IMG/VR virus record: IMGVR_UViG_3300025141_000022
Coordinates: 32,001 to 96,000 of that record
Length of the DNA stretch: 64,000 nt
Source: a virus
Reading direction: 5' to 3' (one strand)
In this document: positions 7,453 through 17,528 of the stretch, piece by piece
How the letters are laid out: every line of letters starts with the position of its first letter
Position numbering within the stretch: position 1 is the stretch's first letter
Translations under genes and position numbers: made by a program
The notes under the pieces: model-generated
Told to the model about the DNA's origin: nothing
Databases searched by the model: none
Seen by the model: only the letters and a program-made list of their open reading frames with translations

Positions 7453-8235
7453 GTGCCACATATATCATTTTCAGAATTAAAGAATTGGTGTCAGTGTCCC
7501 TTTTATCATAAAATTGTAAATCTTGATAAAATTAGAATATTCAAAGGAAATGAGTATACTGCGTTTGGAACAGCAATCCACGATGTATGCGAAAATCATT
7601 TGTTGGGAAAAAACGATATCAATTCTGAAAAAACATTAGATTTTTTTGAATTAAGGTTCGCTGAAGAATTAAAAAAACTGCCAAAAGATGTTATTCTTAG
7701 GGAAAGTCTGATAAATCAGATGCGCCCACAGGGGAGAGAGATAATTCCTCACATAGAACCAGCACTAAAAGAATATTTCAATTCTTATGAGACTGTTTCA
7801 ACGGAAGAGTCGATCATGATCCCAATTGATGACACTGAATATAATTTCAAAGGATTTATAGACGCTGTTATAAAGACTTCGGACGGCATATATCATATTA
7901 TAGATTGGAAAACGTGCTCTTGGGGTTGGGATAACAGAAAAAAGAATGACGCGATTACAACATATCAGTTAACTTTGTATAAGTACTTTTATGCGAAAAA
8001 GCACAATATAAGTCTTGATAAGATTGAAACACACTTTGCGCTTCTTAAGCGCACGGGAAAGAAGAATAGGGTTGAGCTTTTTAGAGTATCAAGTGGCAAG
8101 AGAAAAGTTGATAATGCTATCAAATTAGTAAACAAGGCTATCACCAACATCGAAAAAAAGAGATATATTAAAAATCGTTTAGCTTGCACATCTGGATATG
8201 GATGCCCGCTCTATAAAACAGAACACTGCCCATAA
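7453..8235 (+). CDS. PD-(D/E)XK nuclease, Cas4/RecB-like exonuclease
   Basis: ISFSEL..WCQCP, GTAIHD, KGFIDAV, IIDWKT, YQLTLY and C-terminal C-x5-C-x7-C cluster; GTG start after GAGGTG. Confidence 0.85.
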   Translation: MPHISFSELKNWCQCPFYHKIVNLDKIRIFKGNEYTAFGTAIHDVCENHLLGKNDINSEKTLDFFELRFAEELKKLPKDVILRESLINQMRPQGREIIPHIEPALKEYFNSYETVSTEESIMIPIDDTEYNFKGFIDAVIKTSDGIYHIIDWKTCSWGWDNRKKNDAITTYQLTLYKYFYAKKHNISLDKIETHFALLKRTGKKNRVELFRVSSGKRKVDNAIKLVNKAITNIEKKRYIKNRLACTSGYGCPLYKTEHCP

Positions 8236-8249
8236 GGAAAATTAAAAAC

Positions 8250-9521
8250 ATGAATGAAGAACAAAGAATAAAGATCCTAACCTTATCGGATCATCCGTTA
8301 TCACCATCAGGTGTTGGAACACAGACAAGGTATATGATTGAAGGACTGCTCGATACTAACAAGTATGATGTGATATCCCTTGGAGGCGCGATTAAGCACA
8401 ATGACTACACGCCACAAAAGACAGACAAGTACGGAGATCACTGGAGGATATTCCCAGTTGATAATTACGGTACTCAAGAGCATGTTCGCCAAATACTTAG
8501 AGCCGAACGCCCTGATATTATCTGGTTCATGACCGATCCAAGATTCTGGCCATGGCTGTGGGATATCGAAAACGAAATCAGGCCGATGGTGCCGCTGGTA
8601 TATTATCATGTTTGGGACAACTTTCCACCGCCTAGGTTCAACCAGCATTTTTATGAATCTAATGATGTGATCGTTACTATTTCTAAAGTGACAGATGAAA
8701 TAGTAAAACAGGTGGCGCCCAATGTTAAGCGTATTCATCTGCCCCATGCAGTCACCGCTGATGTATTTAAACCCTTTCCAGAAGAAGAAATTCAAAGGAT
8801 TAAGGGTCTTAGTCTTGCAGATCATCCTCAACATGAGGGCAAACTTATGTTCTTTTGGAACAATAGAAACGCCAGAAGAAAGCAGAGTGGTACACTTATT
8901 TGGTGGTTTAAGGAATGGTTAGATAAGGTAGGCCATGATAAGGCTTATTTGATTATGCACACCGATCCTAAAGATCCAAATGGGCAAGACTTACAGGTAA
9001 TTATTAAAGAGCTAGGGTTGTCTGAAGGGCAGGTTCTATTGTCTACGGCAAAATACCCACCACAAGAATTGGCCGCGATGTATAATATGGCTGATTGTAC
9101 TATCAATATTTCTGATGCAGAAGGATTTGGGTTGGCCACATTAGAATCTCTATCATGTGGAACTCCAATTATTGTTAATATGACCGGCGGCCTACAGGAG
9201 CAAGTAACCAATGGTAAAGACTGGTTTGGAATTGGAATTGAACCTTCATCTAAAGCAATTATTGGTTCTCAGGCGGTGCCTTGGATTTATGAGGATAGGG
9301 TTTCAAAAGAGGACTTCCTCAAGGCACTTGATGATATTTATGCGATGTCTGATGAAGAGCGTAAAGCTTTAGGCGCCGCCGGCCGTAAGCATGTTTTAAA
9401 AAATTACGGTTTTGAGAAATACCAAAAAGAATGGGATAAGATTATGTCGGACATACACGAACAAAACGGTTCTTGGAAAACAAGAAAAAATTATAAAAGT
9501 TGGGAGCATTTGGAATTTTAA
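8250..9521 (+). CDS. GT-B glycosyltransferase (GT4-like)
   Basis: SGVGTQ, HLPHAV, NRNARRKQ, E-x7-E motif EGFGLATLE, CGTPII..TGGLQEQV. Confidence 0.88.
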   Translation: MNEEQRIKILTLSDHPLSPSGVGTQTRYMIEGLLDTNKYDVISLGGAIKHNDYTPQKTDKYGDHWRIFPVDNYGTQEHVRQILRAERPDIIWFMTDPRFWPWLWDIENEIRPMVPLVYYHVWDNFPPPRFNQHFYESNDVIVTISKVTDEIVKQVAPNVKRIHLPHAVTADVFKPFPEEEIQRIKGLSLADHPQHEGKLMFFWNNRNARRKQSGTLIWWFKEWLDKVGHDKAYLIMHTDPKDPNGQDLQVIIKELGLSEGQVLLSTAKYPPQELAAMYNMADCTINISDAEGFGLATLESLSCGTPIIVNMTGGLQEQVTNGKDWFGIGIEPSSKAIIGSQAVPWIYEDRVSKEDFLKALDDIYAMSDEERKALGAAGRKHVLKNYGFEKYQKEWDKIMSDIHEQNGSWKTRKNYKSWEHLEF

Positions 9522-10787
9522 ATGAGAAAGCGTATATTAGTTAGAGGCCCAGCCCTGTCCTTATCAGGCTACGGAGAACAAACAAGGTTTGCTCTCAGAT
9601 CGTTAAAAGCTTACGAAGAGTTATTCGATATTTACCTTCAAGTGATTCCATGGGGCCGCACAGGCTGGATTTGGAATGATAATGAAGAAAGGGAATGGAT
9701 GGATTCTCTTCTACAGAAGACGGCGATATATCAGGCACAAGGTGGTCAATTTGATATGTCTTTGCAAATTACAATTCCTAATGAGTGGGAAAAGCTAGCA
9801 CCAGTAAACGTTGGTTATACAGCAGGAATTGAGACAGATAGAATTGCTGCTCAATGGATTGAAAAGAGTGCATTAATGGATCGAATAATCGTGATATCAA
9901 ATCACTCTAAGCATGGTTTTGACAATACAACTTATATTGCCGAGCACCCGAATGGACAGAAAACCCCCTTTAAGTGTACGACTCCTGTAACGGTTGTGAA
10001 CTATCCAGTGCGAGAGTATGAGGCCGCACCAATGAAGTTAAAGTTGAAGCATGATTTTAACTTTCTAGCTGTAGCTCAATGGAGTCCTCGCAAGAATATT
10101 GAAAATTTAGTAAGATGGTGGGTAGAAGAATTCATTGATCAAGAGGTGGGTCTGGTATTAAAGACATTTAGATTAAACACATCGCACGGCGATAAGATGT
10201 TTAGCAAACACATGATAGAAACACTGTTGGCTGAATACCCCGACCGTAAATGTTCTGTAAACCTTATTCATGGCTCGCTAACCGACGAGGAGATGACAGC
10301 ACTGTATCAGCATCCGAAGATTAAAGCCTTTATAACATTGGCCCACGGAGAAGGTTTCGGCCTGCCAATCTTTGAGGCAGCCTACAATGGCATGCCCGTA
10401 ATTGCTCCAGCATGGAGTGGTCAATGCGACTTTCTCTATGCTCCAGTTAAGAGGGGTAAGCAAAAGAAGGCTAAGGTTCGTCCACTTTTCGCTAGAGTAG
10501 AATACACTATTAATCAAGTACAGCCAGAGGTTGTTTGGGATGGAGTACTGACAAAAGATTCTATGTGGTGTTACCCAGAACAGGGCAGCTACAAGATGAA
10601 GCTAAGAGATGTGTACAAGAATTATTCTAGGTACAAGGGCGATGCTAAAAAGCTACAAAAATATGTTTCAGAACGATTTTCAGCAACCAATCAATACAAA
10701 GCATTTGCTGACGCTGTATATGGCGAGAAGATCGATGTTCAGACATGGTTTGAGCAGTTAAGTGAAGACGTGGTGAATTATGACTAA
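9522..10787 (+). CDS. GT-B glycosyltransferase (GT4-like)
   Basis: SGYGEQ, QWSPRKNI, EGFGLPIFEAA..GMPVIAPAWSGQCDF. Confidence 0.88.
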   Translation: MRKRILVRGPALSLSGYGEQTRFALRSLKAYEELFDIYLQVIPWGRTGWIWNDNEEREWMDSLLQKTAIYQAQGGQFDMSLQITIPNEWEKLAPVNVGYTAGIETDRIAAQWIEKSALMDRIIVISNHSKHGFDNTTYIAEHPNGQKTPFKCTTPVTVVNYPVREYEAAPMKLKLKHDFNFLAVAQWSPRKNIENLVRWWVEEFIDQEVGLVLKTFRLNTSHGDKMFSKHMIETLLAEYPDRKCSVNLIHGSLTDEEMTALYQHPKIKAFITLAHGEGFGLPIFEAAYNGMPVIAPAWSGQCDFLYAPVKRGKQKKAKVRPLFARVEYTINQVQPEVVWDGVLTKDSMWCYPEQGSYKMKLRDVYKNYSRYKGDAKKLQKYVSERFSATNQYKAFADAVYGEKIDVQTWFEQLSEDVVNYD

Positions 10788-11658
10788 AAAGTTTGTATTT
10801 ATCGCAGACTTCTTTTCTGATGAAGTACCCGGCGGTGGAGAATTAAACAACGATGAATTGGCCAACCTTTTAATTGAGCGCGGCCATTATGTTCTTAAAT
10901 TGAAGAGCCAAAACGTAAATTTTCCTATGCTGTCTGCTATAGAGTCGGATGGGATTCCTGCTAATTTTATTATTAGCAATTTTATTAATCTTTCCGAAGA
11001 AGCAAAAAGGTTTTTTTATGGCGCACCAATGGCGTCGATGCGACCAAGGTATGTTATCTATGAGCACGATCACAAGTATTTGCAGAATAGAAACCCAGCA
11101 CTTTATGATAATTATGTTGCTCCGAAATCTCACATTGTCAATAGGCCATTTTATGAAGGAGCCAAAGCAATCATTTGTCAATCAGAATTCCATGCTAAAA
11201 TTGTAAAAGCTAATTTGGGATTGGATAACATCATTAATATTGGGGGCAATTTATGGTCAGAAGCCGTGCTTGAAGTATGTACAATTTTGGCAGATCGAGA
11301 TAAGCATCCGATGGCCTCCATAATGGGATCCGACATAGAACACAAAAACACGCACGAAGCAATTGCATATTGCAAGTATCACGGAAATGATTACCGAGTT
11401 ATAAAGCCATGTCCTCACATAGAATTTCTGGATAAATTAGGCTCAAATATGCAATTAGTTTTTCTGCCAAAAACACCAGAAACTTTGTCTAGAATCGTGG
11501 TAGAGGCCAGAATGATGGGCATGGCTATTGCTACAAATGGCAATGTTGGAGCCTGTGGTGAGCCATGGTTTAAACTTAGAGGCAAAGAACTGATTGAAGA
11601 AGTTCGCACTTGGCGTCAAACAATTCCCGACAGAGTTGAAGAAATATTTAATGGCTAA
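10780..11658 (+). CDS. GT-B glycosyltransferase-like protein
   Basis: GGGELN N-terminal loop, ICQSEFH, E-x7-E motif ETLSRIVVE followed by ARMMG. Confidence 0.7.
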   Translation: MTKKFVFIADFFSDEVPGGGELNNDELANLLIERGHYVLKLKSQNVNFPMLSAIESDGIPANFIISNFINLSEEAKRFFYGAPMASMRPRYVIYEHDHKYLQNRNPALYDNYVAPKSHIVNRPFYEGAKAIICQSEFHAKIVKANLGLDNIINIGGNLWSEAVLEVCTILADRDKHPMASIMGSDIEHKNTHEAIAYCKYHGNDYRVIKPCPHIEFLDKLGSNMQLVFLPKTPETLSRIVVEARMMGMAIATNGNVGACGEPWFKLRGKELIEEVRTWRQTIPDRVEEIFNG

Positions 11659-13681
11659 TCATTTCAAAATAATAGTCCCTTTTTATAATGTAGAAAAATG
11701 GATCAAGGTGTGCATCAGAAGTATCAGAGCACAAGACTATACCAATTTTCAGTGTATTTTAATTGATGATATTTCAACAGATAATACAGTTGAGATAATT
11801 AAAAAAGAAATTGGCGATGATAAACGATTTAAGCTGATCGTCAACAAACAAAAAAAGCTGGCCCTAAAGAATATTTACGATGGGATTATAGAGTCCCAGC
11901 CAGATGATGAAGATGTTATTGTTACATTAGATGGTGACGACTGGTTTGCAAATCAAGCCGTCCTGTCAAGGCTTAATGATGAATATGAAAATCAAGACGC
12001 TTGGATAACGTATGGTAGTTATGCGGAATTTCCAACATCTGTCAGGGGCAAATTTGCTCAACAGATTCCAGCACAGGTAATTGATAATGGCTTGTTAAGA
12101 CGTGCTGTATGGATGAGTTCTCATCTTCGCAGTTTTAAATATAAACTTTGGCGCCGTATTGACAAGAAAGATATGCTTGACACCGAAGGCAATTTCTATA
12201 AAATGGCTTGGGATTTAGCCTTTATGTTTCCTATGTTGGAGATGGCTGGTAACAAAAGTAGATATATTAAGGATATTTTATATGTATACAATGTTTCCAA
12301 TCCCTTAAACGACCACAAAGTAGACAACACTCTACAAATAAATTTAGAAAAAGAAATAAGAGAAAAGCCCCCTTATGCTAGAATAGATTTAGATGGTACC
12401 CATCCAGCACTTCTGTTAACGCCGCTAAGGTACGATATTGTAGCTAAGACAATGTACGCGAGGTATAAACTCAAGCAGATTGATAGCTCATGGGCTAACG
12501 AAGTGTATGCACAGCATCTAAAGGTGTGGAATGATTTTAAAGAAAAAGACCCAGAAAAAAATAGGTTGGCTGATTTTACTAATAGTTTTGATTCTCTTTT
12601 AAGTTCAATGGAGCAAGAAGGGTTCAGCCGCGATCCTGCTAACGCTATTCCTTTGTACGCTGGTTCTCCCCTTAATGGAGCCCACAGAGTAGCTGCAGCC
12701 ATAGCGTTGAACAAGAGAGTATATACTACCGGACCAACCCCCGAAGGACAGCTTGATTGTAGTTCAGAATACTTTAGAAATAAAGATAATTTTGTAAGCG
12801 GGGGATTAGACGTAAAGTTTCTTGACGATATGGCATTAGAGTATTGCAAGCTAAAGGGTAACGTATACACGGTTACTTTGTTTCCGGCAGCAAATATCGA
12901 AAAGAATAATGCTGAGCAAATTCTATCTGAATATGCAACAGTTGTGTATAAAAAAGAAGCAGCCCTAAGTGAGCTTGGAGCTACAAACTATATTCTCTCA
13001 CTCTACCAAGGAGAGCCATGGCTTGGCACTGTCCAGAATGACTTCCCAGGAGCCCACGAGAAAAAGGCAGGCTGCTTTGGTGCAGAAAATGAAGGAACAA
13101 TAACTGTTTATTTGGTAGAGACAGATGAACCAGAAAAGCTAAATATAGCCAAGAAAAGAATCAGAGATGTCTGCAATGTAGGCAACCACTCTATTCATAT
13201 TAATGATACACATGTAGAAACATGGAGAATAGCATCAAGCGTCTTTAATAAAAATAGTTTACACTTTCTAAACAATTCCAATCCGCACAGATACGGAAGA
13301 TTTACTCACCTGTTTACTCAATTTAAGACTTGGCTCATTTCGCACTTAGCACACATAACTCAATTAGAGGATTATTGTGTGGACGCTAGCGCAGTTCTTA
13401 GTGTTTATGGCTTAAGAGAGTGTAGAGATTTAGACTTTTTATATCGAGGTGAAAATATAGAGACAAACGTATTGGATGTTAATTGTCATAATTTCGATGC
13501 TCATGATTACATAATTGGAAAAGATGAGATAATTTTCAATCCTGAGAATCATTTTTATTATGAAGGGATTAAGTTTGCTACACTGGAAACGATCCGAGAT
13601 ATGAAAATAAACAGAAACGAAGAAAAGGACCGACGTGATGTGGCCTTAATAAATTCATGCTTAGGAGAAGACAATGAATGA
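11651..13681 (+). CDS. GT2 (GT-A) glycosyltransferase fused to ParB-like and nucleotidyltransferase-like domains, 676 aa
   Basis: IIVPFYNVEKWI, LIDDISTD, TLDGDDW (DxD); later NGAHRVAAA and DASAVLSVYGLRECRDLDF. Start set at ATG 11651 (ORF track 11594). Confidence 0.8.
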   Translation: MANHFKIIVPFYNVEKWIKVCIRSIRAQDYTNFQCILIDDISTDNTVEIIKKEIGDDKRFKLIVNKQKKLALKNIYDGIIESQPDDEDVIVTLDGDDWFANQAVLSRLNDEYENQDAWITYGSYAEFPTSVRGKFAQQIPAQVIDNGLLRRAVWMSSHLRSFKYKLWRRIDKKDMLDTEGNFYKMAWDLAFMFPMLEMAGNKSRYIKDILYVYNVSNPLNDHKVDNTLQINLEKEIREKPPYARIDLDGTHPALLLTPLRYDIVAKTMYARYKLKQIDSSWANEVYAQHLKVWNDFKEKDPEKNRLADFTNSFDSLLSSMEQEGFSRDPANAIPLYAGSPLNGAHRVAAAIALNKRVYTTGPTPEGQLDCSSEYFRNKDNFVSGGLDVKFLDDMALEYCKLKGNVYTVTLFPAANIEKNNAEQILSEYATVVYKKEAALSELGATNYILSLYQGEPWLGTVQNDFPGAHEKKAGCFGAENEGTITVYLVETDEPEKLNIAKKRIRDVCNVGNHSIHINDTHVETWRIASSVFNKNSLHFLNNSNPHRYGRFTHLFTQFKTWLISHLAHITQLEDYCVDASAVLSVYGLRECRDLDFLYRGENIETNVLDVNCHNFDAHDYIIGKDEIIFNPENHFYYEGIKFATLETIRDMKINRNEEKDRRDVALINSCLGEDNE

Positions 13682-14426
13682 TTTAAAAGTATATGTATCA
13701 ACCTCAGACAACTATTTGCATGTATTGAAGCCGTTTAGTTATTTGTTTAATAAGTTCTGGTCACCCGAACAGAAGGTGACTGTAGTTGGATTTAAGGAGC
13801 CTGATTTTAGCTTACCAAGTAATTTTGATTTTATTTCACTAGGCAAGCAGCGAGGTATACAATATTGGTCTGATGATTATATAGAGTTTTTGAATCTGGT
13901 CGAAGATGATTATTTTATCCACATGGTGGAAAATGAATTTCTCCTAAGACCGGTCAACTTTGAACTCATAAAGACACTCTCAGGACACTTAAATGAAAGT
14001 GTTGGAAGGATTGATTTGACCCCAGGACCATCGTTACGATCATGGGAGCCAGTAGAAACACACGACAATTATGATGTTATTCAATTGACGCAGGAAGCTC
14101 AATACAGATTGGCCATTCGATTAAACATTTGGAATAAAGAATATTTTCTTAAGAATTTACATTCTGGTGAAGATGCGTGGCAATTCGAAATTAATGGATT
14201 AGAACGGGCAAAAAACGATGGATATAAAATTTTAGCTACAAATAGAAGATATCCGTGTTATATTATGGATGGAACTAAAGCAGAGAACCCACGACTTCTT
14301 GATTTAAGAGCAAAGAATCCAGAGATAAGCTCTTTTAGTCTTCCACTCGATGAAGGAACGATAAAAGAAATGTGCGAAAGTAACATTATAACAGAAAGGA
14401 GAAAGGGATTTTTCTCTGTATGTTAG
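13674..14426 (+). CDS. Putative GT-A-like glycosyltransferase, 250 aa
   Basis: VYVSTSDNY, YFIHMVENEFL, RLNIWNKEYF..GEDAWQFE resemble small phage GT-A proteins; cluster context. Confidence 0.5.
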   Translation: MNDLKVYVSTSDNYLHVLKPFSYLFNKFWSPEQKVTVVGFKEPDFSLPSNFDFISLGKQRGIQYWSDDYIEFLNLVEDDYFIHMVENEFLLRPVNFELIKTLSGHLNESVGRIDLTPGPSLRSWEPVETHDNYDVIQLTQEAQYRLAIRLNIWNKEYFLKNLHSGEDAWQFEINGLERAKNDGYKILATNRRYPCYIMDGTKAENPRLLDLRAKNPEISSFSLPLDEGTIKEMCESNIITERRKGFFSVC

Positions 14427-14435
14427 GGATATATT

Positions 14436-15416
14436 ATGGACGAGTTAAACAAAATAGTAGAAAGCAACTTAAAAACTGAACTTGAAAGGAATCTAAAACT
14501 AAGAGAACTGCAGCGCGCGGCAATTAGAGAATATGGCATGATCAGGTTTGAGCCTCAAAGGGAGCTTCGACAGCACATGATAGAGGGTGACCCTGGATCC
14601 GATTTGCCAAAAGAATCAAATATTGATTTAGGCGAGTACAAGCACGGCGACTTTTTACCAGAATTAACTTACTTGATCACCTACCCCAGAAGTGGTGCCA
14701 ACTGGCTACGATATTGCTTAGAAGCTATTTATTTGTTGCCGACGTATGGCGTAGCTCCACAGCAACCGCTAACGTGGCTAGATTTAACAATTGAAGATGC
14801 GTGTAGAAAATTGGTAGGTGTGTCACTTGGCGTAGATAGAACTGACGGTGCGCTGTTTCAACATTCGCACAGATTTAAAGCTGCACATGATTCAACGAGA
14901 ATATTCACAATCCTTAGAAATCCGAAGGAAGCGATCTTAAGAGAATTTAGGGGCCAGTATGGCGATGAACAAACCAGGGTGTTGGCCAAAAAAGATAGCC
15001 TCAGAATCTTGGAGTTTGAAGATGGGCTAAGGGACTATAAAGCACTTATAGATGGATACCATCAGCACAAGGGCGAAAAACATATAATATATTATGAAGA
15101 TTTGTTATCAGATCCCCTCAACACGTTGTTGACCTTTCATGATTCTAATGTAGATTTTTTTCCGCATGTTATGAATCCAAAAAGATTATTTAAGAGAATT
15201 CTTAGCTTTGTAGAACATATAGATGAGCACACCAAAGTCTCCATATCCATTTATAATAATGGGGTCGCCAAATCATATACTTCTGGTAAAAGCACAAGTT
15301 TGTCAAAGCACTCAAATGAGTTTCTCTCCAAAGAAGAGAAGCTTAAGTGGGATGAGCGACTAAAAGAGGTATTTGATAAAGAGACGACTCCATACATCAA
15401 GAGGTATTTCGAATGA
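14436..15416 (+). CDS. PAPS-dependent sulfotransferase
   Basis: 5'-PSB loop TYPRSGANWL, 3'-PB motif ILRNPKEAI, IIYYEDLLSDP. Confidence 0.85.
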   Translation: MDELNKIVESNLKTELERNLKLRELQRAAIREYGMIRFEPQRELRQHMIEGDPGSDLPKESNIDLGEYKHGDFLPELTYLITYPRSGANWLRYCLEAIYLLPTYGVAPQQPLTWLDLTIEDACRKLVGVSLGVDRTDGALFQHSHRFKAAHDSTRIFTILRNPKEAILREFRGQYGDEQTRVLAKKDSLRILEFEDGLRDYKALIDGYHQHKGEKHIIYYEDLLSDPLNTLLTFHDSNVDFFPHVMNPKRLFKRILSFVEHIDEHTKVSISIYNNGVAKSYTSGKSTSLSKHSNEFLSKEEKLKWDERLKEVFDKETTPYIKRYFE

Positions 15417-16342
15417 TAAAAGCATATTTCATGCCCGCCTGGGGAGACTCCCCAGAGGTGATCCTAGACACACTTAAGTTACAAACGCCAAGTAATTCTG
15501 GTCAGTGGAAAGATTTGATAGGAGTTTCAAATATTGCCGATGCGGACTGTTTTATAATTCAAGATTATACAGACAAAGAACACATAAAATTCTTAAAAAG
15601 TAAAAATATGATAGATAAGGCATTTTATTTCGCTCGCGAGGTTCCCGGCGGTGGCCCAATGGAAGAATATGAAGGAGTCAAGAGGTTTTCTTACCTAGAC
15701 AAAAATTCATATCTTTATACAAAATGGGCCTACCCAAGAAGCATCAGTGGTGGAACTGGCCAAACGTATGATGATTTAGTTAATTTTGAAGCTCCCAATA
15801 AGACTAAATCTTTGATATGTGTTCAATCGAATAAAATGTTTTTAGAAGGCCATCGAGTCCGAGTTAAATTCATTAGAGAATTTTGTGAATATACACCAGA
15901 TGATTTAGATCTCTTTGGGAGTATTATGAAAAACCCTTATTTTACGGCTTTGCCAAGTTGTAATAATGCACCAAAAATGGTGGATGATGATAAATTTAAG
16001 ACGATGCAAGAATACAAATATTGCCTCGCTTTTGATAATGGCCAATATGAGAACTATTTTGGAACGCAGTTCACTGATGCTATATTAAGCTGGACCGTAC
16101 CAATTTACTGGGGAGCGCCCAACATTGCTGATTTCTTTCCAGAGGGCTCTTACATTTCGTTTGATGCGAGAAACTATGAAGAAATTGATAGAATACTAGA
16201 AGTGATTGAAGATGAATCAGACTACCAATCAAGATTACCGGCCCTGAGAGAAGCCAGAGAACTAATTTTAAATAAATATAATGCATGGGATACAATCCAT
16301 GAGGCAATCACCACAGGAAAAAATACCTGGGGTTTTAAGTAA
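15413..16342 (+). CDS. GT10 (alpha-1,3-fucosyltransferase-like) glycosyltransferase with an altered motif
   Basis: VQSNK..GHRVRVKF and YKYCLAFDN..NYFGTQFTDA..TVPIYWGAPNIADFFP..SYI. Confidence 0.8.
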   Translation: MIKAYFMPAWGDSPEVILDTLKLQTPSNSGQWKDLIGVSNIADADCFIIQDYTDKEHIKFLKSKNMIDKAFYFAREVPGGGPMEEYEGVKRFSYLDKNSYLYTKWAYPRSISGGTGQTYDDLVNFEAPNKTKSLICVQSNKMFLEGHRVRVKFIREFCEYTPDDLDLFGSIMKNPYFTALPSCNNAPKMVDDDKFKTMQEYKYCLAFDNGQYENYFGTQFTDAILSWTVPIYWGAPNIADFFPEGSYISFDARNYEEIDRILEVIEDESDYQSRLPALREARELILNKYNAWDTIHEAITTGKNTWGFK

Positions 16343-16400
16343 ATTCACGTTAAAAAATCATAACTTTTAAGTTAAAATAAAAATACAATTAGGAGATTAA

Positions 16401-17528
16401 ATGAAAGTACCACAGTTTATGCCATACGTTGATATGGAAGAATATGAGGCAATTAAACACTGCTTTGAGATCAATTGGATTACCGAGGGTCCAAAAGCAA
16501 AAGAATTCTGTCAACAAGTGTGTGACATGGTTGGCGCAAAGTATGGGGTTTTCGCCCCCAACGGAACTCTTGCACTCTATCTGGGATTAAGGGCCATAGG
16601 TGTTGGTCCTGGCGATGAAGTGATTGTTCCAAATTTCACATTCATTGCTTCTGCCAATGCAGTAGAGATGGTTGGTGCAACACCTGTGTTTGTAGATGTC
16701 AACGAGGACGATTTACAAATCAATGTAGACGACTGTAAGCGTGTCTTATCAGGAAAAACCAAAGCCATTATGCCTGTGCATCTTTATGGATTTACGGCAG
16801 ACATGGATAAAGTAATGGAGTTTGCTAACGACAATGACCTATTGGTAATTGAAGATGCAGCGCAAGCTCTTGGAATTAAGTGGAAAGGACAAGGCTGCGG
16901 AAGTTTTGGAGATGTAGCAACATTTTCCTTCTTCGCAGACAAGACACTCACAACCGGTGAGGGTGGATTTGTATGTACCAACAATAAAGAGATATACGAC
17001 AAGCTCCTGTTTTTAAGAAATCAGGGCCGCGTAAATCGGGGAACCTTTGTACACCCAATGATTGGGTATAATTTCAGGATGAACGATATTCAAATGGCTA
17101 TTGGCTTAACACAGATGAAAAAGTTCAATAAGATTGTTGCCTTGAAACAGAGAAACTATAGCTTATATTCTAATCTACTATCTGATGTGTCGGAAGTAGA
17201 GATTATTGGCCCCAAGAGTGAAGTGTCACCATACATTCCTTTTAGAGTTGTGTTGAGAACGCTCACAGAGCCTTCTGAATCGCTTATGAATTATATGAAG
17301 GACAACGGAGTAGAGACTCGCACATTCTTTTATCCTCTGCATAAGCAGCCGTGTTTCTCATGTTGGCAAGAAGATGAGCAACGTCGATATGCAGATGAGA
17401 ACTTTCCAGTAACCAATCATGCATTTGAGCATGGCGTGTGCCTGCCATCATTCGCTGCGCTGACAGTAGAAGAGGTTACATATGTGTGCGATGTCATTAG
17501 AAAGTATTACGAGGAAAAGAATGCATAA
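16401..17528 (+). CDS. DegT/DnrJ/EryC1/StrS sugar aminotransferase (perosamine-synthase-like)
   Basis: NGTLAL, VGPGDEVIVP..TFIASANAV, IEDAAQ, PLP-lysine motif FSFFADKTLTTGEGG, GYNFRM; AGGAG RBS. Confidence 0.93.
   Translation: MKVPQFMPYVDMEEYEAIKHCFEINWITEGPKAKEFCQQVCDMVGAKYGVFAPNGTLALYLGLRAIGVGPGDEVIVPNFTFIASANAVEMVGATPVFVDVNEDDLQINVDDCKRVLSGKTKAIMPVHLYGFTADMDKVMEFANDNDLLVIEDAAQALGIKWKGQGCGSFGDVATFSFFADKTLTTGEGGFVCTNNKEIYDKLLFLRNQGRVNRGTFVHPMIGYNFRMNDIQMAIGLTQMKKFNKIVALKQRNYSLYSNLLSDVSEVEIIGPKSEVSPYIPFRVVLRTLTEPSESLMNYMKDNGVETRTFFYPLHKQPCFSCWQEDEQRRYADENFPVTNHAFEHGVCLPSFAALTVEEVTYVCDVIRKYYEEKNA

Noticed and set aside
7453-8235. CRISPR-Cas locus suggested by the Cas4-like gene
   Set aside because: No repeat-spacer array or other cas genes; intergenic gaps are too short to hold an array.
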